A stretch of DNA of 64,000 nucleotides from Acidobacteriota bacterium (GTDB lineage Bacteria; Acidobacteriota; Thermoanaerobaculia; Multivoradales; Multivoraceae), in assembly GCA_029263415.1 (NCBI GenBank), contig JAJCXN010000028.1:64013-128012 (forward strand), in the 5' to 3' direction. A program made the translations under genes and the position numbers. The notes beneath the pieces were generated by a model. It was not told the DNA's origin, searched no databases, and worked only from the letters and a program-made list of their open reading frames with translations. Position 1 is the stretch's first letter; each line of letters starts with the position of its first letter. Shown piece after piece: positions 36,227 to 45,875 of the stretch.

Positions 36227-38086
36227 TCAGCGGTCGACGCGGCCCTTGGTTAACTCGTTCAGGCGCTGCTCGAAATGCCCGCGCAATGGGTGATCCCCAC
36301 CGTTCATCCTCAACAGAACCGCGAGCGCCATCCGGGCCTCTTCCAATCTGCCCGCGTCTAGCAGCACGGTCAAGGTCGACACTCCCTCTGAAACACCATC
36401 ACGGCGTCGACTCTCTTGATCCGCAACTTCGATCTCGTTGAGCATGACAGTGATTTGCTCGTTCCCCGGGTTCACCGCCTGAAGCCGTGTCGCCAGCTCT
36501 CTCGCCTCGGGCAGGTTCTCAGCGGCAACCGCTTCCGGGTATAGGCGCAGGATCTCAGCGACCTCAGCGGAACCTCTCGCTTCCGCCATTGTGGACTCCA
36601 GCCGTCTTGAAAACAGATCGCGGGTAACCTTCGCCACTCCCAGCGACCCCAGTTTGTCGATCTCTTGAGCGGCCAGATCGAATTCAGACTGCTCAAGCAG
36701 CTCCTCGACCCGAACTGAGATTGCTTCCATCTCATCGGTCTGGGTGTCGTCATCGTCACTGACTTGCAACAGGCGCTCGAGTTCGCCCGCAGCTTCGAGA
36801 TCAAGCCCTAGTAACTGCCTTTGCAGCGCACGAGCGCTGACTCGATCACCGCTCGCAAGTTTCCTTCTTCCCTGCTTCAGCAGACCCTTGACGCGCTCCT
36901 CCTCTTCTTGAGCTAACTCAAGCGCAGCGATCCGAGCATCCAATGCATCTTTGTCGCGGTATTCCGGATCGATCTCCAGCAGCGAGTCCAAAGACAGCCG
37001 CGCAAGCGCCTTTTGCTTGGAGGCGATGTATTGCTCGACCATCTCTCGCACCTGCATCAGCTGAACCTGTCGCCGAGCTTTGGTCATCTCGTCCAGGCGA
37101 CTGCGTAGGATGGCCAGCCCCTCGATACCAGGATGGCGCGTTTCCAAATCATGGAGGTAGGTCTCGGCATCGGCGAACCGACTCTCGGCGAGGGCTCCAG
37201 AGGCGTCATCCAAGCGAGCTCGCCCCTCGTGCGCTCGCGCCGTTTCTTGTTGCGCGTCGATCTCCTGGCCAACGCTCAATAGCTCGCTGCGGAAATCCGA
37301 CGCGACCTGGAAGCGATCGCTACGCTCAAACGCAAGAGCTTTTTGCATCAGCTGATGGACCGACTCCAACGACAACGCGCGCGGGGGGGCAGTGCGGCGC
37401 AGTAGCACATCGGCCGCGCTCGTCGCCTTGGGAAAGGGCAACACACCGGTCAGCATGCGATACAGAACGATCGCGAAGGAGTACAGATCGGACGCGTGGT
37501 CCGGACGCACGCCCTCGATCAGGCCCAGGTGCTCGGGGCTGCAGTAGTTCATCTTCCCGCCGACCTGACCCGACCGCTCGCCCATCGGAGTGACCTGGTC
37601 TGCAAGACCCAGATCGATGATCTTGACGCCTAGCCGACCCCGCGGGTCGGAGGTGATCATCAGATTGTCCGGAGAAACATCACGATGCACAATGCCCTCT
37701 TCGTGAATCGCTTCCAGCCCAGAGAGCACCTGAATGGCCAATTCCAACGCAATCGGCAAGGGAAATCTCCCTCGGCGTTGAAGCCATCCCTCTACATCCT
37801 GGCCTTCGATGTGCTCCCACACCATGTAGAAGGATCCGTCAGGAAGTCGAGAAAAGTCGTGCAATGTTGCGACGTTGGGATGCTTGATCTTGGTTGCCAG
37901 CCGCGCCTCGTTGCTAAACCGATCGATCGCTTCGGTGGATCGAGCGAGGTCCGAGCGCATCACCTTGATGACGCGCTGCTCCTCGAGATGGACGTGGCGA
38001 ACCCGGTAAACCTCACCCATGCCGCCGCTGCCAATGCGGCCGATCACTTCGTACTTGCCGTCGATACGGCCACCAATCTCGGTCAT
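36227..38086 (-). CDS. Hanks-type Ser/Thr kinase with soluble TPR-like helical C-terminus
   Basis: IGSGGMGEVY, VIKVM, HRDVSPDN, KIIDLGLA, NYCSPE, SDLYSF. No TM evident. Start set at ATG 38086. Confidence 0.9.
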   Translation of the reverse strand: MTEIGGRIDGKYEVIGRIGSGGMGEVYRVRHVHLEEQRVIKVMRSDLARSTEAIDRFSNEARLATKIKHPNVATLHDFSRLPDGSFYMVWEHIEGQDVEGWLQRRGRFPLPIALELAIQVLSGLEAIHEEGIVHRDVSPDNLMITSDPRGRLGVKIIDLGLADQVTPMGERSGQVGGKMNYCSPEHLGLIEGVRPDHASDLYSFAIVLYRMLTGVLPFPKATSAADVLLRRTAPPRALSLESVHQLMQKALAFERSDRFQVASDFRSELLSVGQEIDAQQETARAHEGRARLDDASGALAESRFADAETYLHDLETRHPGIEGLAILRSRLDEMTKARRQVQLMQVREMVEQYIASKQKALARLSLDSLLEIDPEYRDKDALDARIAALELAQEEEERVKGLLKQGRRKLASGDRVSARALQRQLLGLDLEAAGELERLLQVSDDDDTQTDEMEAISVRVEELLEQSEFDLAAQEIDKLGSLGVAKVTRDLFSRRLESTMAEARGSAEVAEILRLYPEAVAAENLPEARELATRLQAVNPGNEQITVMLNEIEVADQESRRRDGVSEGVSTLTVLLDAGRLEEARMALAVLLRMNGGDHPLRGHFEQRLNELTKGRVDR

Positions 38087-38284
38087 ATGCGTTCCAATCG
38101 CGCTTTCTGGAATGTGCACGGCGGTGCCTGGCTGCTCGCAAGACGCCTCAGCACAGAAGCGGGCCAGTTTGACGGAGAATGAATCATGGAAGACAACGCT
38201 GTCATGAAAACTGGCCGATCGCGGACAAAGTCTTAACCGGTCGGGGCTCGGCAACGAGCCGGAAGCCCCCGACGCAGCCTACCT

Positions 38285-39715
38285 CTAGTCCATCTGTTTT
38301 CGCAGCACAGTCGGGATGTCATAGTCATCTACGCTCGACCAATTGGGCCCAAACCCACCTGGATCTTCCGGTTGAGCGTTGGCGAGGACTTTCTTGTAGA
38401 ACGGTACATCCTCCCCCTTGTTGTGGTCCGACCGACGTTGTGCTGCCGGTTCGTCGAACGAGGGATCGACGATCGACTGCATTGGCGGCCGTGGCGCTGG
38501 CTCGCCATAGCTCTGGCGAGCCGGCTCGGCCGGCGGATCGAACTGCGGCACGGCGCGCGAGGGGGCGTCGGCAAAGGGGTCAGTCAACCTCGGTGGCTCA
38601 AGCCTGGGCAAGACGGGTTCTCGCCTCGGCGCAGGCGGCTCTAGGTCTCGGGTAAAGCTTGCCGCGCGGCCCGCTCTCGGTACTTGTTGAATGATGACCG
38701 GTGCGCCGTCGGTCTCACGCTCATAGCCGAACCCGGTTGCGATGACGGTAACCTTGATCTCGTCTTCCATTTCTTCATCGAGCACCAGGCCTGAGATGAT
38801 GTTTGCGTCCGGATCAACCGCCTCAGAAATCGTCTTCGCGGCTTCTGCTACTTCATGAAGCGTCAGGTTGCTTGACCCGGTGATGTTGATAAGGACTCCG
38901 CGCGCACCTTGAATGGATGAATCCTCAAGCAGCGGTGATGACACTGCTCGTTGGGCGGCATCTAGTGCGCGGTTCTCTCCTTTTGCAATGCCGGTCCCCA
39001 TCAACGCCATACCCATGCCCGACATGATCGCTCTCACGTCGGCGAAATCGGCATTGACTTCACCTGGGATGGTGATGAGGTCGCTGATGCCCTGTACCGC
39101 CTGACGCAGGACATCGTCGGCGATCAAGAAAGCGTCGGCGAGAGAGGTGCCGCGCTCGACGAAGCTCAGGAGGCGCTCGTTCGGGATGGCAATCACGGTG
39201 TCCACCGCATCGCGCAGTTCCTCAATGCCCGCTTCGGCAAGCTGCATCCGCCTGCGTCCCTCGAACCCGAACGGCTTGGTGACCACAGCCACTGTGAGCG
39301 CGCCGATCTGCGCGGCCAACGAAGCGATGATCGGCACCGCACCAGTACCGGTTCCCCCGCCGAGGCCAGCGGTCAGAAAGACCATGTCAGCACCGTCGAG
39401 GATCTGCAGTATCTCGTCTGTGTCCTCGATTGCGGACTTGCGACCAACGTCTGGATCAGCGCCCGCCCCCAGGCCGCGCGTAATCTGCTTACCGAGTTGC
39501 AGCTTGTGCGGTGCGCGGCATTTAGCAAGTGCCTGCAGGTCTGTATTGCCTGCGATGAATTCAATACCGCGCAGGTTCGCGTCGATCATCCGGTTGACGG
39601 CATTGCCGCCACCGCCGCCCACACCAACCACCTTGATCTTGGCCGGCATCATCGGGTTCTCTTCGAGTGTGATGGAGAGGTCCCCATCTGCTTTGTGATC
39701 ATCGAACAGGATCAT
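38285..39715 (-). CDS. ftsZ: Cell division protein FtsZ
   Basis: [21 protein letters not shown] tubulin signature, NADFADV, long linker, C-terminal [11 protein letters not shown]; SD GGGAGG. Confidence 0.98.
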   Translation of the reverse strand: MILFDDHKADGDLSITLEENPMMPAKIKVVGVGGGGGNAVNRMIDANLRGIEFIAGNTDLQALAKCRAPHKLQLGKQITRGLGAGADPDVGRKSAIEDTDEILQILDGADMVFLTAGLGGGTGTGAVPIIASLAAQIGALTVAVVTKPFGFEGRRRMQLAEAGIEELRDAVDTVIAIPNERLLSFVERGTSLADAFLIADDVLRQAVQGISDLITIPGEVNADFADVRAIMSGMGMALMGTGIAKGENRALDAAQRAVSSPLLEDSSIQGARGVLINITGSSNLTLHEVAEAAKTISEAVDPDANIISGLVLDEEMEDEIKVTVIATGFGYERETDGAPVIIQQVPRAGRAASFTRDLEPPAPRREPVLPRLEPPRLTDPFADAPSRAVPQFDPPAEPARQSYGEPAPRPPMQSIVDPSFDEPAAQRRSDHNKGEDVPFYKKVLANAQPEDPGGFGPNWSSVDDYDIPTVLRKQMD

Positions 39716-39998
39716 TTGCTACCTCCCAGGCGCAGAGACTGCGCCCAATTGACTGATCTCAGAACGCGCGCACGATAGAGCGCTGTTCAAGATCGGTGGA
39801 TCTTTTTCGGTCCGTCCTCTACCCGACGCTGTCCCCGGACCGTCCACTCTGTGAGTGGACCGAGACATGCGAGGGGCATCCGCACCAATGCTGAAATGGT
39901 TGAGTTTGGGCTCGTGTGACGAGCCAACGGGATGCTTGAGTCTGAAATCGAACAGGTTCATTCGTCGCCAAGTGGGCTCTTGCTTGGTGGAGTTCATC

Positions 39999-41231
39999 TT
40001 AGAGAAGGTCCGCAAACATGCCGCGAAGGCCGCTGACCACAGAACGCACACTGACTCGGTCGCGCTTTCGTCCAGGGGCATCTTCGACCACCAGGGCATA
40101 GCGCAGGAGGCCAGCTGCTGCGGCCCAGTTGGGCGACTCGATCACTTGGCTCAATCCAGTGAAACCTTCGGGTAGGCCGTAGCGTGCAGCCGTGCCGAAC
40201 ATTTGTTCGGCCAGTTCTAAGAGGCCGTTGAGCTGAGCGCCCCCACCCGTTAACACCACCCCGCCACGCAGCAAGTCGGCGCGACCCATTCGGTGGAGAT
40301 CGTCGTAGATCAAACCGAACAGCTCCTCAGCGCGAGGTTGGAGGATCTCGCACAGTTCACGGCGCCGGACCACGTGGGTCGCTCCTCCGCCGATAGCTGG
40401 AATCGAAATGCCCTCTTCGTCTCCAACCAGACTCTCGAGGCAAGAGCCGCTGCGCACCTTCAAGCGTTCCGCCTCTTCAAACGGTGTTCTCAAGACCTGC
40501 GCAAGATCGTTGGTGAAGTGGCTTGCACCGATCGGGGAAACGCCGCTGTGCTGGACTTCGCCGTCTGCATACAGAGCGTACCCAGACGTGCCCGACCCGA
40601 TGTCCACCAGCAAGGTGCCGCGCTCACGCTCCTCATTGCGCAGCACCGCCTCACCGCTACCCAGCGGCTCGAACACAAGTTCCCGCACGCGGATACCTGC
40701 TTTGTTGACGCAGGTCAACAGCGTCTTGCTGCGAGTCGTATGGCCAGTGACCAGATGCACAGAGACCTCAAGTCGAGAGCCCAACATGCCGAGGGGATCA
40801 GCGATCCCGCCTTGGTCGTCCACCACAAACTCCTGCGGCACAGCGTGCAGGATCTCGCGATCCGAGGGCAGGGCTGCACCCTGAGCAGCGTCCAGCACCC
40901 GTTCGATATCACCCGCGCGGATCTCACGATCCTTGCGGGCAACCGAAACCATGCCCCGACTGTTGACGCTGCGAATGTCATTGCCTGCCACGCCGATGAA
41001 CGCGGACTCGACTTCGTAGCCGGCCATCATCTCTGCTTCTTCGGTCGCTCGCCGCAAGGCCGCAACTGTGGCTTCCACATTGACGATATTGCCGCGCCGA
41101 GTTCCACGATTGGGAGCCTCACCCAATCCAACGATCTCGATCTCGCCGCCGTCAGTGCCCTTGCCGATGAGCACACCGACCTTGGATGATCCAACGTCAA
41201 TTGCTACGAGGCATTTGTCTGTTTTCGCCAT
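39999..41231 (-). CDS. ftsA: Cell division protein FtsA
   Basis: IDVGSSKV, GNIVNVE, PLGMLGSRLEV, LLVDIGSGT, GGVVLTGGGAQL. Confidence 0.96.
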   Translation of the reverse strand: MAKTDKCLVAIDVGSSKVGVLIGKGTDGGEIEIVGLGEAPNRGTRRGNIVNVEATVAALRRATEEAEMMAGYEVESAFIGVAGNDIRSVNSRGMVSVARKDREIRAGDIERVLDAAQGAALPSDREILHAVPQEFVVDDQGGIADPLGMLGSRLEVSVHLVTGHTTRSKTLLTCVNKAGIRVRELVFEPLGSGEAVLRNEERERGTLLVDIGSGTSGYALYADGEVQHSGVSPIGASHFTNDLAQVLRTPFEEAERLKVRSGSCLESLVGDEEGISIPAIGGGATHVVRRRELCEILQPRAEELFGLIYDDLHRMGRADLLRGGVVLTGGGAQLNGLLELAEQMFGTAARYGLPEGFTGLSQVIESPNWAAAAGLLRYALVVEDAPGRKRDRVSVRSVVSGLRGMFADLL

Positions 41232-41244
41232 TGCTGCTTAGCCC

Positions 41245-42216
41245 CTAAACCTGCTGAGCCACGAACGGGCTCGTTGTCCACTGACCCAACGAGCCGGGCT
41301 CGTTCCCGAGAACCACCGTCTTTTGAGTTTTCCGGCCGCTTGAAATGGGGGCCCTCGTTCCTCGGAGCCCTGTCCGCGCCACACCTCGTCTTGCATTGCC
41401 ATTGGTTTCGCCCTCAGCACCCAGGACAATCCGTCGCTCGAAGCGCAGATCCACAACCGAGAGCCGACCGAAGCGGTCGCGCAGTTGTGGCAGCAGGTCA
41501 TCGACCGTCGCGATCTGCCGCTCCAGCTCGGGGCCATCTCCACCACTGCGCATGCGGATGGAGAACTCGGCATCAAGAAACGTGAATTCGAGGTCTTCAG
41601 GACTCAAGATGCGCGCGTGGCTCGGCCGGCGTGCCCAAGCAATCGAGCTTTGAGAGAGCTCTCGAGCGACGCTAATGGCTCGCGCGAGCTGAGTCGGTGC
41701 CGCAGCGGCTGAAGGGTCGTCAATCACCAGGCCGGACGCCACAGGGTTCTCGTCTGACACGCCGATTGGAGTGATTCGCTCACCCAGTTCGCTCAGCAGG
41801 AAGCGACCCTCAGCAGTCTCATGTAGAGCCCGCGGGACGTGCTCATCTATGCTGACGATCAATCGCCTCGGCAACTCCTTCTTCAAACGCAAGGTGCTGA
41901 TCCACGGGTGCACGCTCAGCCGCCCGCGAATGGGCTCAAGGTCGGTGAGCAGGAGGCTCTCGCCCATCGCCGAAACCAGCTCGGCTTCCACCCACTTCCG
42001 GTCAACGCGCTCTGCGCCTCGCGTTTCGATCTCTGAGAGGACGAATTCCTTTGAACCCACAATCCAGCCCGCGACTGCAACGACTGGCACGATGACCAAC
42101 AAGATCCTGAGAGCGCGGCGGGCAGCGGCAACCACGGGGCGGGCTCTTCTGCGCTTGGCGGCGAAGGGCAGGCGGCGGAACGACAGAGTTCGCTTCTGCT
42201 CGTTGAGATAGCTCAT
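41245..42216 (-). CDS. ftsQ: Cell division protein FtsQ/DivIB
   Basis: Single TM, POTRA (SVHPWI...LPRRLIVSIDEH), VDLRFERRIV; lies between murC and ftsA. Confidence 0.85.
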   Translation of the reverse strand: MSYLNEQKRTLSFRRLPFAAKRRRARPVVAAARRALRILLVIVPVVAVAGWIVGSKEFVLSEIETRGAERVDRKWVEAELVSAMGESLLLTDLEPIRGRLSVHPWISTLRLKKELPRRLIVSIDEHVPRALHETAEGRFLLSELGERITPIGVSDENPVASGLVIDDPSAAAAPTQLARAISVARELSQSSIAWARRPSHARILSPEDLEFTFLDAEFSIRMRSGGDGPELERQIATVDDLLPQLRDRFGRLSVVDLRFERRIVLGAEGETNGNARRGVARTGLRGTRAPISSGRKTQKTVVLGNEPGSLGQWTTSPFVAQQV

Positions 42217-43601
42217 TCCGCGCCCTCGCGTGCGAGCTGGTCACCCAAGCGGACGATGTCTCCCGCACCGAGGGTCAGCACAACGTCGCCGGCGGCCACC
42301 GAGTCAGCCAAGACAGCAACCACCTCGCTCCAGTCCGACACCTGCCGGATACGGCGATGCCCCATGCTCTTCGCTGCGTCGACGATCAGTTGGGAAGTTA
42401 CGCCTTCGATCGGTGCCTCGCGGGAGCCGTAGATGTCGGTCACTAACGCCTGATCGGCCAACAGCAAGGCCCGGCCAAACTCTTCTGCCTGATCCGCCGT
42501 GCGCGAATAGAGATGTGGCTGAAAGACCGCGTGCACTGCGCCCGTGAACACCTCTTGCGCAGCCTTCAAAGTGGCCGCAACTTCGGTGGGATGATGGGCA
42601 TAGTCATCGATGACTTGTGCACCAGAGAAAGAGCCCAGGCGTTCGAAGCGCCGATGCACACCGCGAAAACTGGCAATGCCGTTCGCGATCGTGGCGAAAT
42701 CTTGATCTAGGGCCACCCCCACTGCGACGGCGGCGAGGGCGTTTTGAACGTTGTGGTCTCCAGGCAGGGGCAGCTCCAACTCACCGAGAACTCCACTCTT
42801 TGCGTGGCGTACTTGAAAGCGTGTGACCACACCATTGCGTTGGATGTTCTCAGCTGTGATTTCGGCGGCTGCGGCCAACCCATAGGTCACGATCCGACGA
42901 TCGTTGAGGCGCGGCAAGATCTCCTGCACCCTGGGGTCATCAAGACAGACAATCACCTGACCGAAGAACGGAACCCGCGACGCGAAGCCCACGAAGGCGT
43001 CCTGGATCTCTTCGATGTCGCGATAAGTGTCGAGATGGTCGCGATCGATGTTGGTGATGATGGCAACCACCGGTGCCAAGCGAAGGAAGCTCCGGTCGAA
43101 TTCGTCTGCCTCGGCTACCAAGAACTCACTCTTGCCGAATCGGGCGCCAGTGCCAGTCAGGCGTAGGCGGCCTCCAACGATGACCGTTGGGTCGAGCCCG
43201 GCGTCGGTGAGTAGGGTGCCTACCAACGAGGTCGTGGTGGTCTTGCCGTGCGTTCCAGCAACCGCGATGCCGTACTTGAGGCGCATCAACTCAGCGAGCA
43301 TCTCCGCACGGCGGACCACGGTGATGCCGGCCTCACGTGCAGCTGCCACCTCGACGTTGTCGGCGGGTACCGCCGACGAGATCACGACCAGATCCGCGCC
43401 CTCGACGTTCTCTGCTCGATGACCTTCGCAGAACCTGGCACCGAGCGACTCGAGTCGGCGAGTCGCCTCTCCAGCGCGCAGATCAGAACCGGAGATCTCG
43501 AAGTCCATGTCGAGCAGAATCTCGGCAATGCCGCTCATCCCAACCCCGCCGAGGCCAACAAAGTGGAGTCTCCTTAGACCCGAATGTCGATGGAACATCA
43601 T
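42213..43601 (-). CDS. murC: UDP-N-acetylmuramate--L-alanine ligase
   Basis: HFVGLGGVGMSG, AGTHGKTTT, VAEADE, GVHRRFE, DDYAHHPTE, FQPHLYSRT. ATG 43601 overlaps the murG stop. Confidence 0.97.
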   Translation of the reverse strand: MMFHRHSGLRRLHFVGLGGVGMSGIAEILLDMDFEISGSDLRAGEATRRLESLGARFCEGHRAENVEGADLVVISSAVPADNVEVAAAREAGITVVRRAEMLAELMRLKYGIAVAGTHGKTTTTSLVGTLLTDAGLDPTVIVGGRLRLTGTGARFGKSEFLVAEADEFDRSFLRLAPVVAIITNIDRDHLDTYRDIEEIQDAFVGFASRVPFFGQVIVCLDDPRVQEILPRLNDRRIVTYGLAAAAEITAENIQRNGVVTRFQVRHAKSGVLGELELPLPGDHNVQNALAAVAVGVALDQDFATIANGIASFRGVHRRFERLGSFSGAQVIDDYAHHPTEVAATLKAAQEVFTGAVHAVFQPHLYSRTADQAEEFGRALLLADQALVTDIYGSREAPIEGVTSQLIVDAAKSMGHRRIRQVSDWSEVVAVLADSVAAGDVVLTLGAGDIVRLGDQLAREGAE

Positions 43602-44758
43602 GCTGCCCACCTCCCAGCCTTGAGAGCCGCCTCACGAGTGGCGATCGCAATGTCGCGAGCAGCGTGCGGGCGGGCAGCCGTGCGGGCAGCCTCGGCCATT
43701 CGCTGAAGCTGCCCCGGATCAGTCGAGAGCCCGGCGAGGATTGACGCCACCTGGTCAAGGTCCTCTTGTTCGACCACGAACGCGGCACCCAAGGCCGCTT
43801 GGCGCTTCGCATTGCCCAGCTGATGCGCGCCCGCCAGCGGCAGCGGCACCAGAATTGCGGCCCGCGCTGCCACCGACAGCTCGGCCAAGGTGATCGCGCC
43901 CGCTCTTGAGATGACCAGTTGCGCCGACTGCAAAGCGTCGGGCATGTCGTCGATGAACGACACCACGCGCACCTTCAAGTGGTCACTCGAGAGTTCTGCC
44001 TCGGTCTCTGAGCGGGAATCGAGACTCGAGCTACCTAGTGCCTCGGACCACCGATCCACGGCCGTCCCCAAGTGGCCCTGTCCGCATTGGTGAACGACGG
44101 TGCCGAGTTCGATCGATCGAGCGACCAGGGCCGGCAACTCCTCGTTGAGGCGAGTGGCGCCTTGGCTGCCGCCAACGATCAGAAGATCGAAGCTTGATCC
44201 TCGGACTCGCTCTATTGCACCCACTTGCGCAAACTCACCCCGAACCGGTACCCCCAGCACTTGGGTCTCACAATGCAAGTGGCGCCCGGTCTCTGCAAAT
44301 GCAACAGCCGCGAGATCTGCCCATCGCGAGAGGAGTCGATTGGCAGCGCCGGGCTCCGCGTTTGGTTCAAGCAGCACAATCGGGATGCCGGCCAAGCGAG
44401 CCCCTAAGACCGTCGGTGCGGAAACAAAGCCACCGGTGCCCAGAACTGCCACCACGTCCTTCTTTCTTAGCAGGCGGCGAGATCGCCAGGTATTGAGCGA
44501 GAGCTTCCCGAGTGCGATCAACTTGCCCATCAGACCGCGACCGACCAGCGGAGCGGCATCAATAGCAGCGAAGGCGATCCCGTGCTCTTTGGCCAGCCGC
44601 TTCTCCATCCCGGAATTCATTCCGAACAGCACGACGTCGGCACCTAACGCCTTGAGCTCTTCGGCCACCGCGAGCGCTGGAAACACGTGACCACCGCTCT
44701 TGCCGCCAGCAAGGGCGACCAGGGGTCGGTTGGCAGATGGTGTGTTGGATGAATTCAT
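43598..44758 (-). CDS. murG: Lipid I GlcNAc transferase
   Basis: GGKSGGHVFP, GTGGFVS, EPNAEPG.AN, GVPVR, GGSQGA, SRAGAITLAE. Confidence 0.95.
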   Translation of the reverse strand: MNSSNTPSANRPLVALAGGKSGGHVFPALAVAEELKALGADVVLFGMNSGMEKRLAKEHGIAFAAIDAAPLVGRGLMGKLIALGKLSLNTWRSRRLLRKKDVVAVLGTGGFVSAPTVLGARLAGIPIVLLEPNAEPGAANRLLSRWADLAAVAFAETGRHLHCETQVLGVPVRGEFAQVGAIERVRGSSFDLLIVGGSQGATRLNEELPALVARSIELGTVVHQCGQGHLGTAVDRWSEALGSSSLDSRSETEAELSSDHLKVRVVSFIDDMPDALQSAQLVISRAGAITLAELSVAARAAILVPLPLAGAHQLGNAKRQAALGAAFVVEQEDLDQVASILAGLSTDPGQLQRMAEAARTAARPHAARDIAIATREAALKAGRWAA

Positions 44759-44780
44759 TTGGAGGTTGAGTGCAAAGCGA

Positions 44781-45875
44781 CTAGGACGCGTGTTGAGAAA
44801 CGTTGAGCAACATGCCGCAGGCGAATAGCGAACAGATCAAGGATGACCCTCCGTACGACAGCAAAGGCAGCGGCGTGCCGGTAACCGGCAAGAGCCGTAG
44901 GGTGACGCTCATGTGCAACAGCGCCTGGATGGCAACCAGCGCGGTCAACCCCCAGGCCAGGTGTCGACCAAATTGATCGGGCGCACGCACGCCGGTGCGC
45001 AGGCCACGCCAAGCGAGAATCGCGAACAGCAACAGCACGAAACCACCGCCAATCAGTCCCAGCTCTTCACACAGAATTGAGAAGATGAAGTCCGAGTTCG
45101 CTTCGGGTAGGTAGCGCAATTTCTGGCCACTTTGGCCGAGGCCAACTCCAGTCACCCCGCCCGAGCCGACAGCGATCAACGATTGGGCCTGCTGCCAGCC
45201 CTCGTCTTGTGCATTCGTGGTGTTCGCGAAGAAGCCCTTGAGGCGGTCGAGACGATACTCCTTGGCCAGCACTTGCATCCAGATGACCGGCAGCGAAACC
45301 AGACCCGCGACCACAATGAAGCGCCATCCCAAGCCTCCGAGGAAGAGCATCAGTCCACCCACCAGCAACAAGATAGTCGCGGTGCCAAGGTCAGGTTCGA
45401 TGGTGACCAGAGCAAACAGCAAGCCGATCGTGCCCACCGCTGGGATCAAGAACTTCGGCCGGTTGATCGAGCCCCACTTGCGATCGACTTGGTAGGCGAG
45501 AAAGAAGACCAGCATCAGTTTGGCCAGTTCCGAGGGTTGCATCGACAAACTGCCTATCCGCAACCAGCGGTTGGTGTGGTTGTGCGCGGGCATATTGAGC
45601 ACCAACACCAACAGCGCCAACACGCCGAACAGAGCAAGGTAAATCAACCACTGCCGCTTGAGCTTTTGATAGTCCACTTGCATCGCAACCATCATCCCGA
45701 TCAGACCGATGAAGGCCGCGACGGACTGCTTTAAGAAGAGCCCGCGCGAGACCACAAAGCCATCGCCATCTTCTGAGATCGCAACACTCGACGTGTAGAC
45801 CATGACCAGACCGAGCACCACCAGAAGCACAACGGAGGTGAACATCAGCTTGTCGAACGCGAGCTTCTTAGCCAC
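44781..45875 (-). CDS. ftsW: Peptidoglycan polymerase FtsW
   Basis: Multi-TM; QPSELAK, EPDLGT, GVGLGQS, LPEANSDFIFS, GTPLPLLSYGGSS. GTG start 45875 overlaps the murD end. Confidence 0.96.
   Translation of the reverse strand: MAKKLAFDKLMFTSVVLLVVLGLVMVYTSSVAISEDGDGFVVSRGLFLKQSVAAFIGLIGMMVAMQVDYQKLKRQWLIYLALFGVLALLVLVLNMPAHNHTNRWLRIGSLSMQPSELAKLMLVFFLAYQVDRKWGSINRPKFLIPAVGTIGLLFALVTIEPDLGTATILLLVGGLMLFLGGLGWRFIVVAGLVSLPVIWMQVLAKEYRLDRLKGFFANTTNAQDEGWQQAQSLIAVGSGGVTGVGLGQSGQKLRYLPEANSDFIFSILCEELGLIGGGFVLLLFAILAWRGLRTGVRAPDQFGRHLAWGLTALVAIQALLHMSVTLRLLPVTGTPLPLLSYGGSSLICSLFACGMLLNVSQHAS

Noticed and set aside
41245-43601. Absence of murB and ddl between murC and ftsQ as a deletion
   Set aside because: murC and ftsQ overlap by 4 bp with no remnant; dcw clusters without these genes are common and they may lie elsewhere.
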